Assembly (NCBI GenBank): GCA_027313505.1
Contig: DAHVDN010000007.1
Location: forward strand, 14,110 to 78,109
From: Candidatus Dormiibacterota bacterium
GTDB taxonomy: Bacteria; Chloroflexota; Dormibacteria; Aeolococcales; Bog-877
Direction: 5' to 3'
Length of the DNA stretch: 64,000 nt
The notes beneath the pieces are model-generated. The model did no database searches. It was not told the origin of the DNA and saw only the letters and a program-made list of their open reading frames with translations. Positions 27,813 to 37,236 of the stretch are shown here, piece by piece (position 1 is the first letter of the stretch; each line of letters begins with the position of its first letter). The position numbers and the translations under genes were made by a program.

Positions 27813-29345
27813 CTAGTCGAGATGGAACGGTAGGTGGGCTAGGGTCCTGGTCATCACCCCGGTCGGCCCCTTGGGCACCAGCGTCGCCAGCAGCGGCTCG
27901 GCATGGTAGGACGATGCGGCGATGTCGAGATGGACCCAGGGACGGTCAGCCACAAACTCGCGGATGAAGAGCGCTCCGTTGATGGTCCCAGCAGCGGGAG
28001 TGCCCGAGGTGTTTCGAATGTCGGCGATGTCGCAGGTCAGGGCGACGTCGTGCTCCGGGAAAAGGGGCAACTCCCAGATCCGTTCGCCGGCCTCCAACGA
28101 AGATGCCCTCACGGCCTCCAGAAGCTCGGGGCTGTTCCCCATCGCCGCAGTCACCGGGTGCCCGAGGGCTATCGAGACAGCTCCGGTGAGGGTTGCCACG
28201 TCGACCAGGTGAGTAGCTCCCTGGCTTATGGCGTAGCAGATTGCGTCGGCGAGGACAAGCCGCCCCTCGGCGTCCGTGTTGTTGATCTCTATGGTCTTGC
28301 CGTTCATCGCCGAAACGACGTCACCGGGCTTGGTCGCACCCCCTCCGGGCATATTCTCGGTGAGGGGAGCGACGGCAATCACCTCGACGCGCGGCTCGGT
28401 TCGAGCGATCACGCCAATCGCCTGAACCACCGCAGCCGCCCCACTCATATCTGACTTCATGGTGACCATTCCCGGATTGGGCTTGAGAGATATCCCACCG
28501 GTGTCGAAGGTGATCCCCTTACCGACCAGCGCCAACACTCGCCCCGAACGGTCAGAAGATCTCGGCTTATAGCGGAGAAGCACCATCTTGGGAGGTTGGT
28601 GGGACCCGCGGGCAACGGCCAGGAGAGCCCCCATGCCCAACCGCTCCATCTCCTGACGCTCCACCACCTTGAGGCTCAGCCCTGCGGACTTCGCGAGCCG
28701 CTCAGCCACGACCACGAAGTCAGAAGGGGTCAGCCGATTGCTTGGTCGCCACTGCAGGACCCTGGTGGCGTTCGTGGCCTCGGCGAGGCGGACTCCAGCA
28801 GCCAGAGCGGCGGACAGGTCGGATCCGGTGCCCAAGCCGACGACCAGCAGCTCTTCGATCTCAGCTTTGCTTTCCGCTTCCTTGAGTTCACCGAGGTGAT
28901 AGTTTCCGAGTCCGATCCCCTCCGCGATCGCGCGAGCCGGCGCCTGGGGTGCCTGGCCAGTGGCCGGTACCGCAAGGGCATCACGCACCGACGGGTCGAG
29001 TACCACCGCCACCGATCGACAGTAGCGGCGGACATCCCGCCCCACAAACTGAAGTGCGTTCCGGAGTCTGTAGCCGTCGAGCAAGGGCCTCTTGCCCAGG
29101 CTGAGGAACAGCACCCGGGGGGCGGCCACCCGACCCATGGTAGGCAGCAGCTTCCGCTCGGGAAACAGTCCCGACGCCTCCTTGGACTGGAGCATTTTGG
29201 AGAAGACCGAGTCGAGTGCCTTGTCGGCCGCAGCCGCTTGCGGACCCAGACCCTCTTCGGGGAAGTACGGGAAGACGACAACGTCCGCCCGGATCTTGGT
29301 GACGTCGGTCTCGGATGCCTTGGCCTGCAATTGGGTTACCTCCAT
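27813..29345 (-). CDS. pepA: Leucyl aminopeptidase (M17)
   Basis: M17 catalytic-domain motifs (NTDAEGRLVLAD; VGKGITFDTGG). Start taken at MEVTQLQ; the track ORF extends 32 codons further. Confidence 0.9.
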   Translation of the reverse strand: MEVTQLQAKASETDVTKIRADVVVFPYFPEEGLGPQAAAADKALDSVFSKMLQSKEASGLFPERKLLPTMGRVAAPRVLFLSLGKRPLLDGYRLRNALQFVGRDVRRYCRSVAVVLDPSVRDALAVPATGQAPQAPARAIAEGIGLGNYHLGELKEAESKAEIEELLVVGLGTGSDLSAALAAGVRLAEATNATRVLQWRPSNRLTPSDFVVVAERLAKSAGLSLKVVERQEMERLGMGALLAVARGSHQPPKMVLLRYKPRSSDRSGRVLALVGKGITFDTGGISLKPNPGMVTMKSDMSGAAAVVQAIGVIARTEPRVEVIAVAPLTENMPGGGATKPGDVVSAMNGKTIEINNTDAEGRLVLADAICYAISQGATHLVDVATLTGAVSIALGHPVTAAMGNSPELLEAVRASSLEAGERIWELPLFPEHDVALTCDIADIRNTSGTPAAGTINGALFIREFVADRPWVHLDIAASSYHAEPLLATLVPKGPTGVMTRTLAHLPFHLD

Positions 29346-29358
29346 GTATTTGCTGAGC

Positions 29359-29604
29359 TCAGCTGCCGATGAGCCCCTCGGACTCCGGTGGCGGCGGGTC
29401 ATTGCGCCGCCGACCCAATCCGGCTCGCAAGCGCTCCACATCGTCGGAAGTGAAGCGATTACGCCCGAGATCGTCGACCGCGGTGGGGCGCGCCCGGCCC
29501 TCGCGGATCCAGTTGATGATGACTTGAGGCTTCACCCCGAGTAGGCGACCCACCTCGACGGGTCCGAGCAGCTGCGGGTCAGCGCTGTCAGTGATGGGGG
29601 TCAA
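29359..29604 (-). CDS. Small HTH DNA-binding protein (excisionase/MerR-like HTH_17)
   Basis: VEVGRLLGVKPQVIINWIREGRARP helix-turn-helix. Confidence 0.5.
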   Translation of the reverse strand: MTPITDSADPQLLGPVEVGRLLGVKPQVIINWIREGRARPTAVDDLGRNRFTSDDVERLRAGLGRRRNDPPPPESEGLIGS

Positions 29605-29899
29605 ACCTCACCGACGCCAGGTCAGGGATCCAGTCCCTGAGGGCACCCTCGATCCGTCGGCGAAGGAAAGGGGTCAGGACGGTGACATAGTTTGAGGAGG
29701 GGTGCGCTTGAACCACCACTTCGCCTGGTCGCGGCTGGGTCACGTTCAGGCTGTCCGCCGCCGGTCCGGACTCGACCACTCCACGTACCCGAGCGGTCAG
29801 TTCAAGGTCGTCCACACGGACAATCATGGCACCGAGGACCCGGTCACGTCTCGCGCCCGGGTCCTGGTGAGACCCGATCGCCGCTGCATCGACGACCAT
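29588..29899 (-). CDS. Hypothetical protein
   Basis: 103-aa ORF overlapping the start of the HTH gene by 17 nt; no motif recognised. Confidence 0.35.
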   Translation of the reverse strand: MVVDAAAIGSHQDPGARRDRVLGAMIVRVDDLELTARVRGVVESGPAADSLNVTQPRPGEVVVQAHPSSNYVTVLTPFLRRRIEGALRDWIPDLASVRFDPHH

Positions 29900-30013
29900 G
29901 ACCCAGGGTGACCGCCCCCAGCACTTGCCAGACCACCTGGCAGATGGCGGTCACCTAAACCCGTACCGCTCTGCATCCTGGGGGGCGATGAGCCAGAATC
30001 CGGTCCTGCAGGG

Positions 30014-30373
30014 GTGCGATTCGGCATAATCGCCGCGGTGGCCGACTTCGTACCTGTTTGCAAGGCAGCCGACATCCCTGCGGGAACCGGCACCGTGATC
30101 GACGCCGACGGAGTGGAGATCGCGGTGTTCAACACCGAGGGGGTGTTTCATGCGCTCGAGAACGCCTGTGCTAGTGGCGGCTCGATCGGAGAGGGAAAGC
30201 TGCGCGGCCATGTTGTCACCTGTCCGCTTGATGGTGAGACCTACGATGTGCGCACTGGGATCTCGCCAATCTCCGACGCCATCTTCGTTCGCCACTTTGA
30301 CGTGCGCCTCAACAAGCTTGGCGAGGTACTGGTTCGGCTGGAGCCCACCGAAGATGAGGACGATCAACTCTGA
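30014..30373 (+). CDS. Rieske-like (NirD-type) small ferredoxin-fold protein, apparently lacking the canonical CxH/CxxH ligands
   Basis: VCKAADIPAGTGTVID...VFHALENACASGG...HVVTCPLDGETYDVRTG matches Rieske/NirD topology, but His ligands are missing in both boxes. Confidence 0.55.
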   Translation: MRFGIIAAVADFVPVCKAADIPAGTGTVIDADGVEIAVFNTEGVFHALENACASGGSIGEGKLRGHVVTCPLDGETYDVRTGISPISDAIFVRHFDVRLNKLGEVLVRLEPTEDEDDQL

Positions 30374-30396
30374 GCCAGCGACTGGCGGCCATCGAC

Positions 30397-31353
30397 GTGG
30401 GCTCGAATACCGTCCACCTGCTTGTGGCAACCCTTGACCCACACGGGTTGACCGAACGCCTGCATGCCGTCGAGATGGTAAACCTTGGACACGAGGTGAC
30501 GGCAAACGGCAAGTTGGGAGAGGCGGTGATAGGACGCGCCGCTGACATTTTGGCACAGATGATTGCACTGGCCCGGGGTGAACGGGTGGAGGCGATGGGC
30601 TTAGTGGCAACCGAAGCCATCCGGAATGCGCCCGACTCCAAGCAATTGGTGGAGGTTGTCCGAAGGAGGACCGGAGAGACCATTCGGGTTCTTACCGGGG
30701 AGGCCGAGGCACGCCTGAGCTATTTGGGAGCGACCGCGTTCAAGGTGCCCGCCGGTCAACCCGCCACCGTAGCGGATGTCGGGGGTGGCAGCACCGAGGT
30801 CGTGCAGGGCAGGGGGACGCGGCCACGGAACGGCACGAGCCTCAAGCTAGGGTCGGACCAGCTCCTCGGGCTGGTGGGGGCAGCCGACCCGTTTTCAGAG
30901 AGGCAGCGCGTCCACGCAGCGGCGAGGGTGTCCATGATCCTGGAGGCGGTTCCTCGCGATGAGGAGCCCGGGCTCCTCATCGCGACCGGGGGCACCGCCT
31001 CAAACGTCCCGGTGATGTTGGGTTCCCGGGTTCCATCCGAGTCCTCCCCCGTGATCTCGCTACACCCGGAGAGCGGTGACGCCTGGACCGTCGTGTCGCG
31101 GGGAGACATGGATCGAGCCCTGGAGCTGGCAATGAGCATGTCCAGCGCGGAGCTCTCGGGCAGCACTGGTCTCAGCCTCAAGAGGTCTAGGCTTATGGCG
31201 GGGGGCCTTGTGATCCTTGCCGGTCTCCTCGACCGGTATCAGGCCCCCGCGCTTACCGTGACCGAGCGGGGCTTGAGGGATGGGGTGTTGTTGGCTCTCG
31301 CGGCGGCCCGCAACCGCCAGCCGGTCGGTTCGGATCGATCCTCTCCCACGTAG
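30397..31353 (+). CDS. ppx: Ppx/GppA-family exopolyphosphatase/guanosine pentaphosphate phosphohydrolase
   Basis: AAIDVGSNTVHLLVA N-terminal motif (the upstream LAAID would require a CTG start) and DVGGGSTE phosphate-2 motif. Confidence 0.85.
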   Translation: MGSNTVHLLVATLDPHGLTERLHAVEMVNLGHEVTANGKLGEAVIGRAADILAQMIALARGERVEAMGLVATEAIRNAPDSKQLVEVVRRRTGETIRVLTGEAEARLSYLGATAFKVPAGQPATVADVGGGSTEVVQGRGTRPRNGTSLKLGSDQLLGLVGAADPFSERQRVHAAARVSMILEAVPRDEEPGLLIATGGTASNVPVMLGSRVPSESSPVISLHPESGDAWTVVSRGDMDRALELAMSMSSAELSGSTGLSLKRSRLMAGGLVILAGLLDRYQAPALTVTERGLRDGVLLALAAARNRQPVGSDRSSPT

Positions 31354-31386
31354 TGTCGCACCGCAAGTTCCTCTAAGCTGAGGTCG

Positions 31387-32076
31387 ATGGCGCTGTTCGA
31401 CTTTCACACTCACACGACCATTTCCGACGGCCATGCTGCGCCCCTGGAGATGGCCAGACGTTGCCTAGAAAATGGCTACGCGGCCTACGTCTGCAGCGAC
31501 CACGTCGACGAGACCACAGTCGATCGGCGTGTTCCAGAGATCGTCGATGCGTGCATGAAGGTATCCAGAGAGATGGAGTTGCCCACCGTTCCGGCGGTGG
31601 AGGTGACTCGGGTACCACCAGAGCGGGTGGCTTGGGTGGCCGCCCGGGCACGGTCGCTGGGAGCCCGCCTGGTGGTCGTTCATGGAGAGACCCTGGGTGA
31701 CTTCCCTCAGCCTGGCCTCAATCTGGCGGCCGCACGGTGCCGCGATGTCGACATCCTGGGGCACCCCGGCCTGATCACGGAGGAGGCGGCCGAGACTGCG
31801 AGAATAAACGGAATCCACCTTGAGATCAGCGCCGCGGGACTGCACGGGCTGACCAACGGCCACGTCGCCAAGATGGCGCTTCTGGTCGGAGCCGGGTTGG
31901 TGCTGGACTCGGATGCGCATCGACCGGAGGCGCTGCTGACCACGACCAGGGCCCGGCAGGTCTTGGAGGGAAGCGGACTGGACCTAGAGGAAGTGGGCCG
32001 CATCTCAGCAAACTCCCCGTTCGAGATCCTCGCGAGAAGGGGGATCGAGCTACCGCTCCCCGCTAAGCCCTCCTGA
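31387..32076 (+). CDS. PHP-domain metal-dependent phosphoesterase
   Basis: MALFDFHTHTTISDGH N-terminal PHP motif; downstream His/Asp ligands. Confidence 0.8.
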   Translation: MALFDFHTHTTISDGHAAPLEMARRCLENGYAAYVCSDHVDETTVDRRVPEIVDACMKVSREMELPTVPAVEVTRVPPERVAWVAARARSLGARLVVVHGETLGDFPQPGLNLAAARCRDVDILGHPGLITEEAAETARINGIHLEISAAGLHGLTNGHVAKMALLVGAGLVLDSDAHRPEALLTTTRARQVLEGSGLDLEEVGRISANSPFEILARRGIELPLPAKPS

Positions 32077-32100
32077 CCCGGGAGGACGCGGCAGTCACCG

Positions 32101-32733
32101 TCACCCAGATCCGGGAGGGTTCGGAGTGATGGGAGGTTGCGGTGATGCCCCGGGACCCGTTGTTGGGGAGGGTGTCGCAGAGTACTGCGGGGTGGGGGTG
32201 AACGTGGGGCTAGGCGTGTTGGTGGGCAGGGACTCGACGTCGTTGAGCACGGCCACGAGCAGCGTTCCGTTCGGTCCCTGAGAAAAGGTGACGACCACTG
32301 CCTCCCCGGGGATGAGGCTGGACAGGGGCGCTGCGGCGCCGCCTCGGGTGATCTTGGAGCTGGCGTTCACGAAGGCCTGAATCGGGGCACCAGCCGACGG
32401 CTGGATGGCGACGAGGTTCTCGGAGACCGAAACCGCAACAATGGTTCCGTTGATCGGCGACCCGACCAGGCTCGACACGCTGGGACTGGAGGTGGGGTGA
32501 ATGGCCCCCGCTCGGGAATGGGTCGAGGTGGCTCCTGCACGTCCGAAGATCGTCAGTGATGCAGCTATCAATCCCGCGGCCAGTAACCCGAGAGCGGCGA
32601 TGATGAGGAGAATGGTCAGACCGACCCCGAAATGGCGGCGAAGCCGCCGAGCGGGGCTCTTCCGAGCAGCACTAGCACGTCGTCGTGGCTTGCGGACGAC
32701 GCGCCGTCCTTCCGGAACCTGAGCCTCCGCCAA
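32101..32733 (-). CDS. Membrane-anchored protein with basic cytoplasmic tail, one TM and a Pro/Thr/Ser-rich extracellular C-terminus
   Basis: RKPRRRASAARKSPARRLRR then LTILLIIAALGLLAAGLIAASL, ending in PTNTPSPTFTPTPQYSATPSPTTGP. Confidence 0.5.
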   Translation of the reverse strand: MAEAQVPEGRRVVRKPRRRASAARKSPARRLRRHFGVGLTILLIIAALGLLAAGLIAASLTIFGRAGATSTHSRAGAIHPTSSPSVSSLVGSPINGTIVAVSVSENLVAIQPSAGAPIQAFVNASSKITRGGAAAPLSSLIPGEAVVVTFSQGPNGTLLVAVLNDVESLPTNTPSPTFTPTPQYSATPSPTTGPGASPQPPITPNPPGSG

Positions 32734-32871
32734 GGACCTTCCTCCTAACCTGGATCGGCGCGCGCCATAAAACTGGGGCCGTGGGCACCCGCCTCACGAA
32801 GGTAGCCCCGAGCTCCGGAGTATAGATGACGGCCGGATGCGGGCCGCGACCAGTATCATCAACTTCCACCC

Positions 32872-35289
32872 ATGCCTCTGGAATACGATCATCGCGCCAT
32901 CGAGGCGAAGTGGCAGGCGAAGTGGCGGCTCACGGGTCTCAACGAACCCGACCTGCGCTCCGCTGCGGAACCCTACTACAACCTCATGATGTTCCCCTAC
33001 CCCTCGGCCGAGGGGCTCCACGTTGGGAACATGTACGCCTTCTCCGGTGCGGACGTGCACGGCCGCTTCCAAAGAATGCAAGGGAAACAGGTGTTCGAGC
33101 CCATGGGCTTCGACGCCTTTGGCATCCACAGCGAAAACTTCGCGTTGAAGGTGGATCGACACCCTGCGGACCTCATAGCCTCCAACGTTGCCAACTTCCG
33201 ACGCCAGTTAGAGAGGCTGGGGGGTCAGTTCGCCTGGAGCAAGACCGTGGAGACCACCGACCCCCGGTACTACCGCTGGACTCAGTGGCTCTTTCTAACT
33301 CTCTGGAAAGGGGGACTGGCTTACCGAGCCCGGCGCAATGTCAAATGGTGCCCCGTTGATCTCACGGTCCTGGCTGACGAGCAGGTGATGGCCGATGGGA
33401 CCTGCGAGCGCTGTGGCACGACGGTGGTGGAGCGAGAGTTGGAGCAGTGGTTCCTGAGAATCTCCGCTTACACCGAAAAGCTGCTGGCGGACCTGGACTG
33501 GATGGACTGGTCAGAAAGCACCAAGCTGCTCCAACGCCACTGGATCGGTCGCAGCGAGGGGGCTCAAATCGACTTCCCGATTGACGGCGCAGAGCCCCTT
33601 CGGGTGTTCACGACCAGACCGGACACCATCTTTGGCGCAACCTTCATGGTGCTGGCACCCGATCACCCCCGTACGCTGGAGCTGGCCGAACCCACGGTGA
33701 GAGGCGAGGTCGCCAACTACGTGTCCGAGGCGGCTCGGCGGCGGATAGCTGGTGTCAGGGAGGCCGCAGACTCGACCATGGGGATCGCCCTTGGCCGAAA
33801 CGCGCGCCACCCGCTCACCGGCGAAGCCGTTCCGCTCTACACCGCCGAATACGTCCTCTCCGAGTACGGTACCGGCGCGATCATGGCTGTGCCGGCCCAC
33901 GACAGCCGAGATCTCGCCTTCGCCCAGGCCTTCCACTTGCCGGTGGTCGAGGTGGTGTCTGGGAACTCTGGCTCGAAGGCCCATGGGGAATCCGGTGTGC
34001 TGGTGAACAGCGGCGACTTTGACGGTCTGGCCGCGCCAGATCCTGCGCGCGACGTGGTCACCGCCGCACTCGCGGAAAGAGGCCTGGGACAGCGCCACGT
34101 GACTTACAAGCTTCGTGACTGGGGAATCTCCCGGCAACGCTACTGGGGACCCCCAATTCCAGCAGTGCATTGCCCGGTACATGGACCAGTACCGGTGCCG
34201 GAGGACCAACTTCCAGTCCTCCTCCCCCACATCGAGGACTTCCGACCGCTTGGGTCAGGGGAGTCGCCCCTTGCCAGAGATCCTGCCTTCTACAACACCA
34301 CCTGCCCGCAGTGCGGCGGACCGGCTAAGCGGGAGACCGATGTCTCGGACAACTTTCTAGACAGCGCCTGGTACTACCTCCGCTACCCGTCGGCGGATCG
34401 AGATGACGTCGCATTCGACCCGGAGCTGACCAGGAAGTGGCTGCCGGTGGACACCTACATCGGGGGTAATGAGCACGCCGTTCTGCACCTGCTCTACGCA
34501 CGCTTCATCGCCATGGCGCTGCACGATCTGGGCTTCCTCACCTTCGATGAGCCGTTTCAGCGGTTTCGAGCCCACGGGATGATCCTCAAAGACGGCGCCA
34601 AGATGTCCAAGTCGCGCGGTAACGTCGTCGTCCCCGACGAATACCTCGATCGGTTCGGCGCCGACGCGTTCCGTCTGTATCTCATGTCCATGGGGCCGTT
34701 TGCCGAGGGGGGCGACTTCAGAGAGAGTGGTGTCAATGGGCCTCAGCGCTTCTTGACCCATGTCTTTCGCCTCTTGGAACGTTTGATCGCCGACGGGCCG
34801 GCCGCGGAGGAGCCGCTTGAGCTCGCTCGCGCCCGACACCGCTGCATCCGGGATGTCAGCAGAGATACCCCGGAGCTGAAGTACAACACTGCGATCGCGG
34901 CCATGATGACCTACGTCAAAGTGCTTCAGGGAACCGCTTCGCCGGTCCCGTCGCAGGCGATGGAGACGCTGGCGCTCTTGTTGGCCCCCTACTGCCCGCA
35001 CGCCGCCGAAGAGCTCTGGGAGCGGCTGGGAAGGAAGTATTCGGTCCACCAGCAGCCGTGGCCCACCGTGGACCCGGCCATGCTCACCCAGGACCACGTG
35101 GTGGTGGTGATCTCAATCAATGGCAAAAAGCGAGATCAGCTTCAGGTCACTCCGGGACTCCCCAAGGAAGAACTCATTCGGCGAGCGCTTGTCTCGGATC
35201 GAATCCAGCAGTTCTTGTCCGGACGGCAGCCATCGCGCATCTTCGTGGTCCCGGATCGTCAGGTGAACCTGGTGGTCGCAACCGACTGA
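32872..35289 (+). CDS. leuS: Leucine--tRNA ligase
   Basis: 805 aa; HVGN (HIGH-like) near the N-terminus, KMSKSRGN motif, CP1 editing domain. Confidence 0.97.
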   Translation: MPLEYDHRAIEAKWQAKWRLTGLNEPDLRSAAEPYYNLMMFPYPSAEGLHVGNMYAFSGADVHGRFQRMQGKQVFEPMGFDAFGIHSENFALKVDRHPADLIASNVANFRRQLERLGGQFAWSKTVETTDPRYYRWTQWLFLTLWKGGLAYRARRNVKWCPVDLTVLADEQVMADGTCERCGTTVVERELEQWFLRISAYTEKLLADLDWMDWSESTKLLQRHWIGRSEGAQIDFPIDGAEPLRVFTTRPDTIFGATFMVLAPDHPRTLELAEPTVRGEVANYVSEAARRRIAGVREAADSTMGIALGRNARHPLTGEAVPLYTAEYVLSEYGTGAIMAVPAHDSRDLAFAQAFHLPVVEVVSGNSGSKAHGESGVLVNSGDFDGLAAPDPARDVVTAALAERGLGQRHVTYKLRDWGISRQRYWGPPIPAVHCPVHGPVPVPEDQLPVLLPHIEDFRPLGSGESPLARDPAFYNTTCPQCGGPAKRETDVSDNFLDSAWYYLRYPSADRDDVAFDPELTRKWLPVDTYIGGNEHAVLHLLYARFIAMALHDLGFLTFDEPFQRFRAHGMILKDGAKMSKSRGNVVVPDEYLDRFGADAFRLYLMSMGPFAEGGDFRESGVNGPQRFLTHVFRLLERLIADGPAAEEPLELARARHRCIRDVSRDTPELKYNTAIAAMMTYVKVLQGTASPVPSQAMETLALLLAPYCPHAAEELWERLGRKYSVHQQPWPTVDPAMLTQDHVVVVISINGKKRDQLQVTPGLPKEELIRRALVSDRIQQFLSGRQPSRIFVVPDRQVNLVVATD

Positions 35290-35990
35290 AGCCGCAGAGG
35301 TCAGGCCGAAGACGCTGAAGGCGGACTTTGTGACGGTCTCTGGAACGCCATCCTGCTCAACCAGCTGCCTCGGCCGAGCGCCGACTTCAAATTCAGCCTA
35401 ACTCACGATGCTGGATCAGGTAGGCATGGCCCAGGCCAGACGACCAGCCTCGGGTCCCTCAGCAACAGCTGATATCGGTCCCTTCATGGAGCGGCACATC
35501 CGACCAATATGAGAGCTGGTCCTGCCCATCCTGATTTTCAAAGACGTAAGGGTTTGCGTCCAACAACGCCGGTTTGCCTCCGCCCGGGGTCGGGTATCTG
35601 GGTCCCGCTCGCAGGGGATAGAAGCCATCGGCGTTCGGCACCGGGACCGCCCCGAGTGTCAACGGACCCGCGGGGGCCTCGAACTCCCTCAGGTCTCCCG
35701 AGCCTGGTGATGGGGCAGTGCCTCAAGGAAACCGGCTCATTCTGAAAGCGGTCGAACGGCACGTGGGCGGTGCCCTGAAGATTTGGTCCGGCTTGGCGGT
35801 GGCCTGGGTCACCCGGGCCAGCCGCTGTCGCGACCGGTCCATCAGGATCGGCCATCCAGATCCGGCGAGCCGGACTGAGTTCCCTAGCTGGCGCCAGGTG
35901 GGCCGATGGTACCTTCGACCATCCCAGCTCCGCTCGGTTCAAGGGCAAGCTCGTCACCCCACACCCCGACGGTCATATCCTTGCCAGGGA

Positions 35991-36067
35991 CGGCCCGTAG
36001 CTCAGCTGGTTAGAGCGGGGCTCTTATAAAGCTCAGGTCGCGGGTTCGAGTCCCGCCGGGCCGACCA
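35991..36067 (+). tRNA. tRNA-Ile with anticodon UAU (reads AUA)
   Basis: CGGCCCG-TA-GCTC-AGCTGGTTA-GAGC-G-GGGCT-CTTATAA-AGCTC-AGGTC-GCGGG-TTCGAGT-CCCGC-CGGGCCG-A-CCA. Positions 34-36 are TAT. The Ile-like D arm is TAGCTCAGCTGGTTAGAGCG. Confidence 0.75.
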
Positions 36068-36104
36068 TCGTGGGCTGCGGACCTCGGATTTTCCTGACCG
36101 GCCT

Positions 36105-36992
36105 CTAACCGGAAGGTCTACCGCTCCGAGCTACGCCGAGAGCGTCGGCCACCATGCCCAGGGTCTCTAAGTGGCCCTGGACTGAGCCCAGGCTCGCTCC
36201 CATCGTATTGACTGACACATGAGTGGCGCCGGCACCCTGCCACATCTCCACCTGCTCTGTCAGCTGAGCTGTCCCGCCTGGCCTCCAACTCACCCTTCCC
36301 TCCATCCCCAGGGCGCTCGGGTCGCGACCGAATTCGCTGGCAGCATGCTCGATGATTGAACGCGCCCGGTCCAGTTTCGGCCCTGGGGGCGCCTGTGGGA
36401 ACCAGCCATCCGCGAGCTGACCGGCTCGCCGCAAGGCCCGCTCTGTACTAGCCCCAAACCAGATCGGGATCGGCCTCTGGATTGGTGCAGGCAACAGGCC
36501 TGCCCCAATCACGCGCTCGTCTTCTCCGTCATAGGTGACGCTGGTCTCGGTCCATAGCCTGCGGAGCAGGGTCACCTGATCGACGATGCGCGCCCCGCGG
36601 TTGGAGAACTCCTTCCCCAAAGCCTCGTACTCGACAGGGTTCCACCCCAGCCCTACGCCCAGACGAAAATTTCCACCAGTGAGAATGTCAATCTCTGTCG
36701 CCTGTTTGGCAACAAGGGCGGTCTGGCGCTGGGGCAGAATTATGATCCCGGTGACCAACTCCATGCTGGTGATCGCCGCCAGGAAGCCGAAGAGCACCAT
36801 TGGCTCGTGAAAGTTGGTGTGGATGTCGTAGGGTCCATCCCATCCTCGATGGATCGCGGGATCGGCGCCTAAGACATGGTCGTAGACCAGCAGATGTTTG
36901 AAGCCCATCCGCTCCACCCCCTGGGCATACGCCCTGACCGCGTCGGGGTCGGCTCCGATCTCGGTCTGGGGGAAGACGACGCCGATCTTCAT
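36105..36992 (-). CDS. LLM-class F420-dependent oxidoreductase (luciferase-like)
   Basis: TIM-barrel LLM features (MKIGVVFPQTE..., GGNFRLGVGLGW). Confidence 0.85.
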   Translation of the reverse strand: MKIGVVFPQTEIGADPDAVRAYAQGVERMGFKHLLVYDHVLGADPAIHRGWDGPYDIHTNFHEPMVLFGFLAAITSMELVTGIIILPQRQTALVAKQATEIDILTGGNFRLGVGLGWNPVEYEALGKEFSNRGARIVDQVTLLRRLWTETSVTYDGEDERVIGAGLLPAPIQRPIPIWFGASTERALRRAGQLADGWFPQAPPGPKLDRARSIIEHAASEFGRDPSALGMEGRVSWRPGGTAQLTEQVEMWQGAGATHVSVNTMGASLGSVQGHLETLGMVADALGVARSGRPSG

Positions 36993-37236
36993 GAGGAACG
37001 TTTTACCACGGGCGACAACTCAACTGCGAGACTTCGGATCAACGATTGCGGGTCCACCAACGATGAGGGCTGTCGCGATGCGGTGAGCCGGGGCCGAGCG
37101 CTACGAATGCGCAGTACGCTCCGGGGCAGTTTGCGAGAATGGGAACGTTACGGTTCGACGGCTGCGGGGAGGTGGCGGTCGGGCCATGGCTGCCAGGCGC
37201 GGGCCAACCGCCCTGTTACCTTGTGGGAGCCCACTG

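Noticed and set aside
28596-29372. 258-aa plus-strand ORF
   Set aside because: Antisense to pepA.
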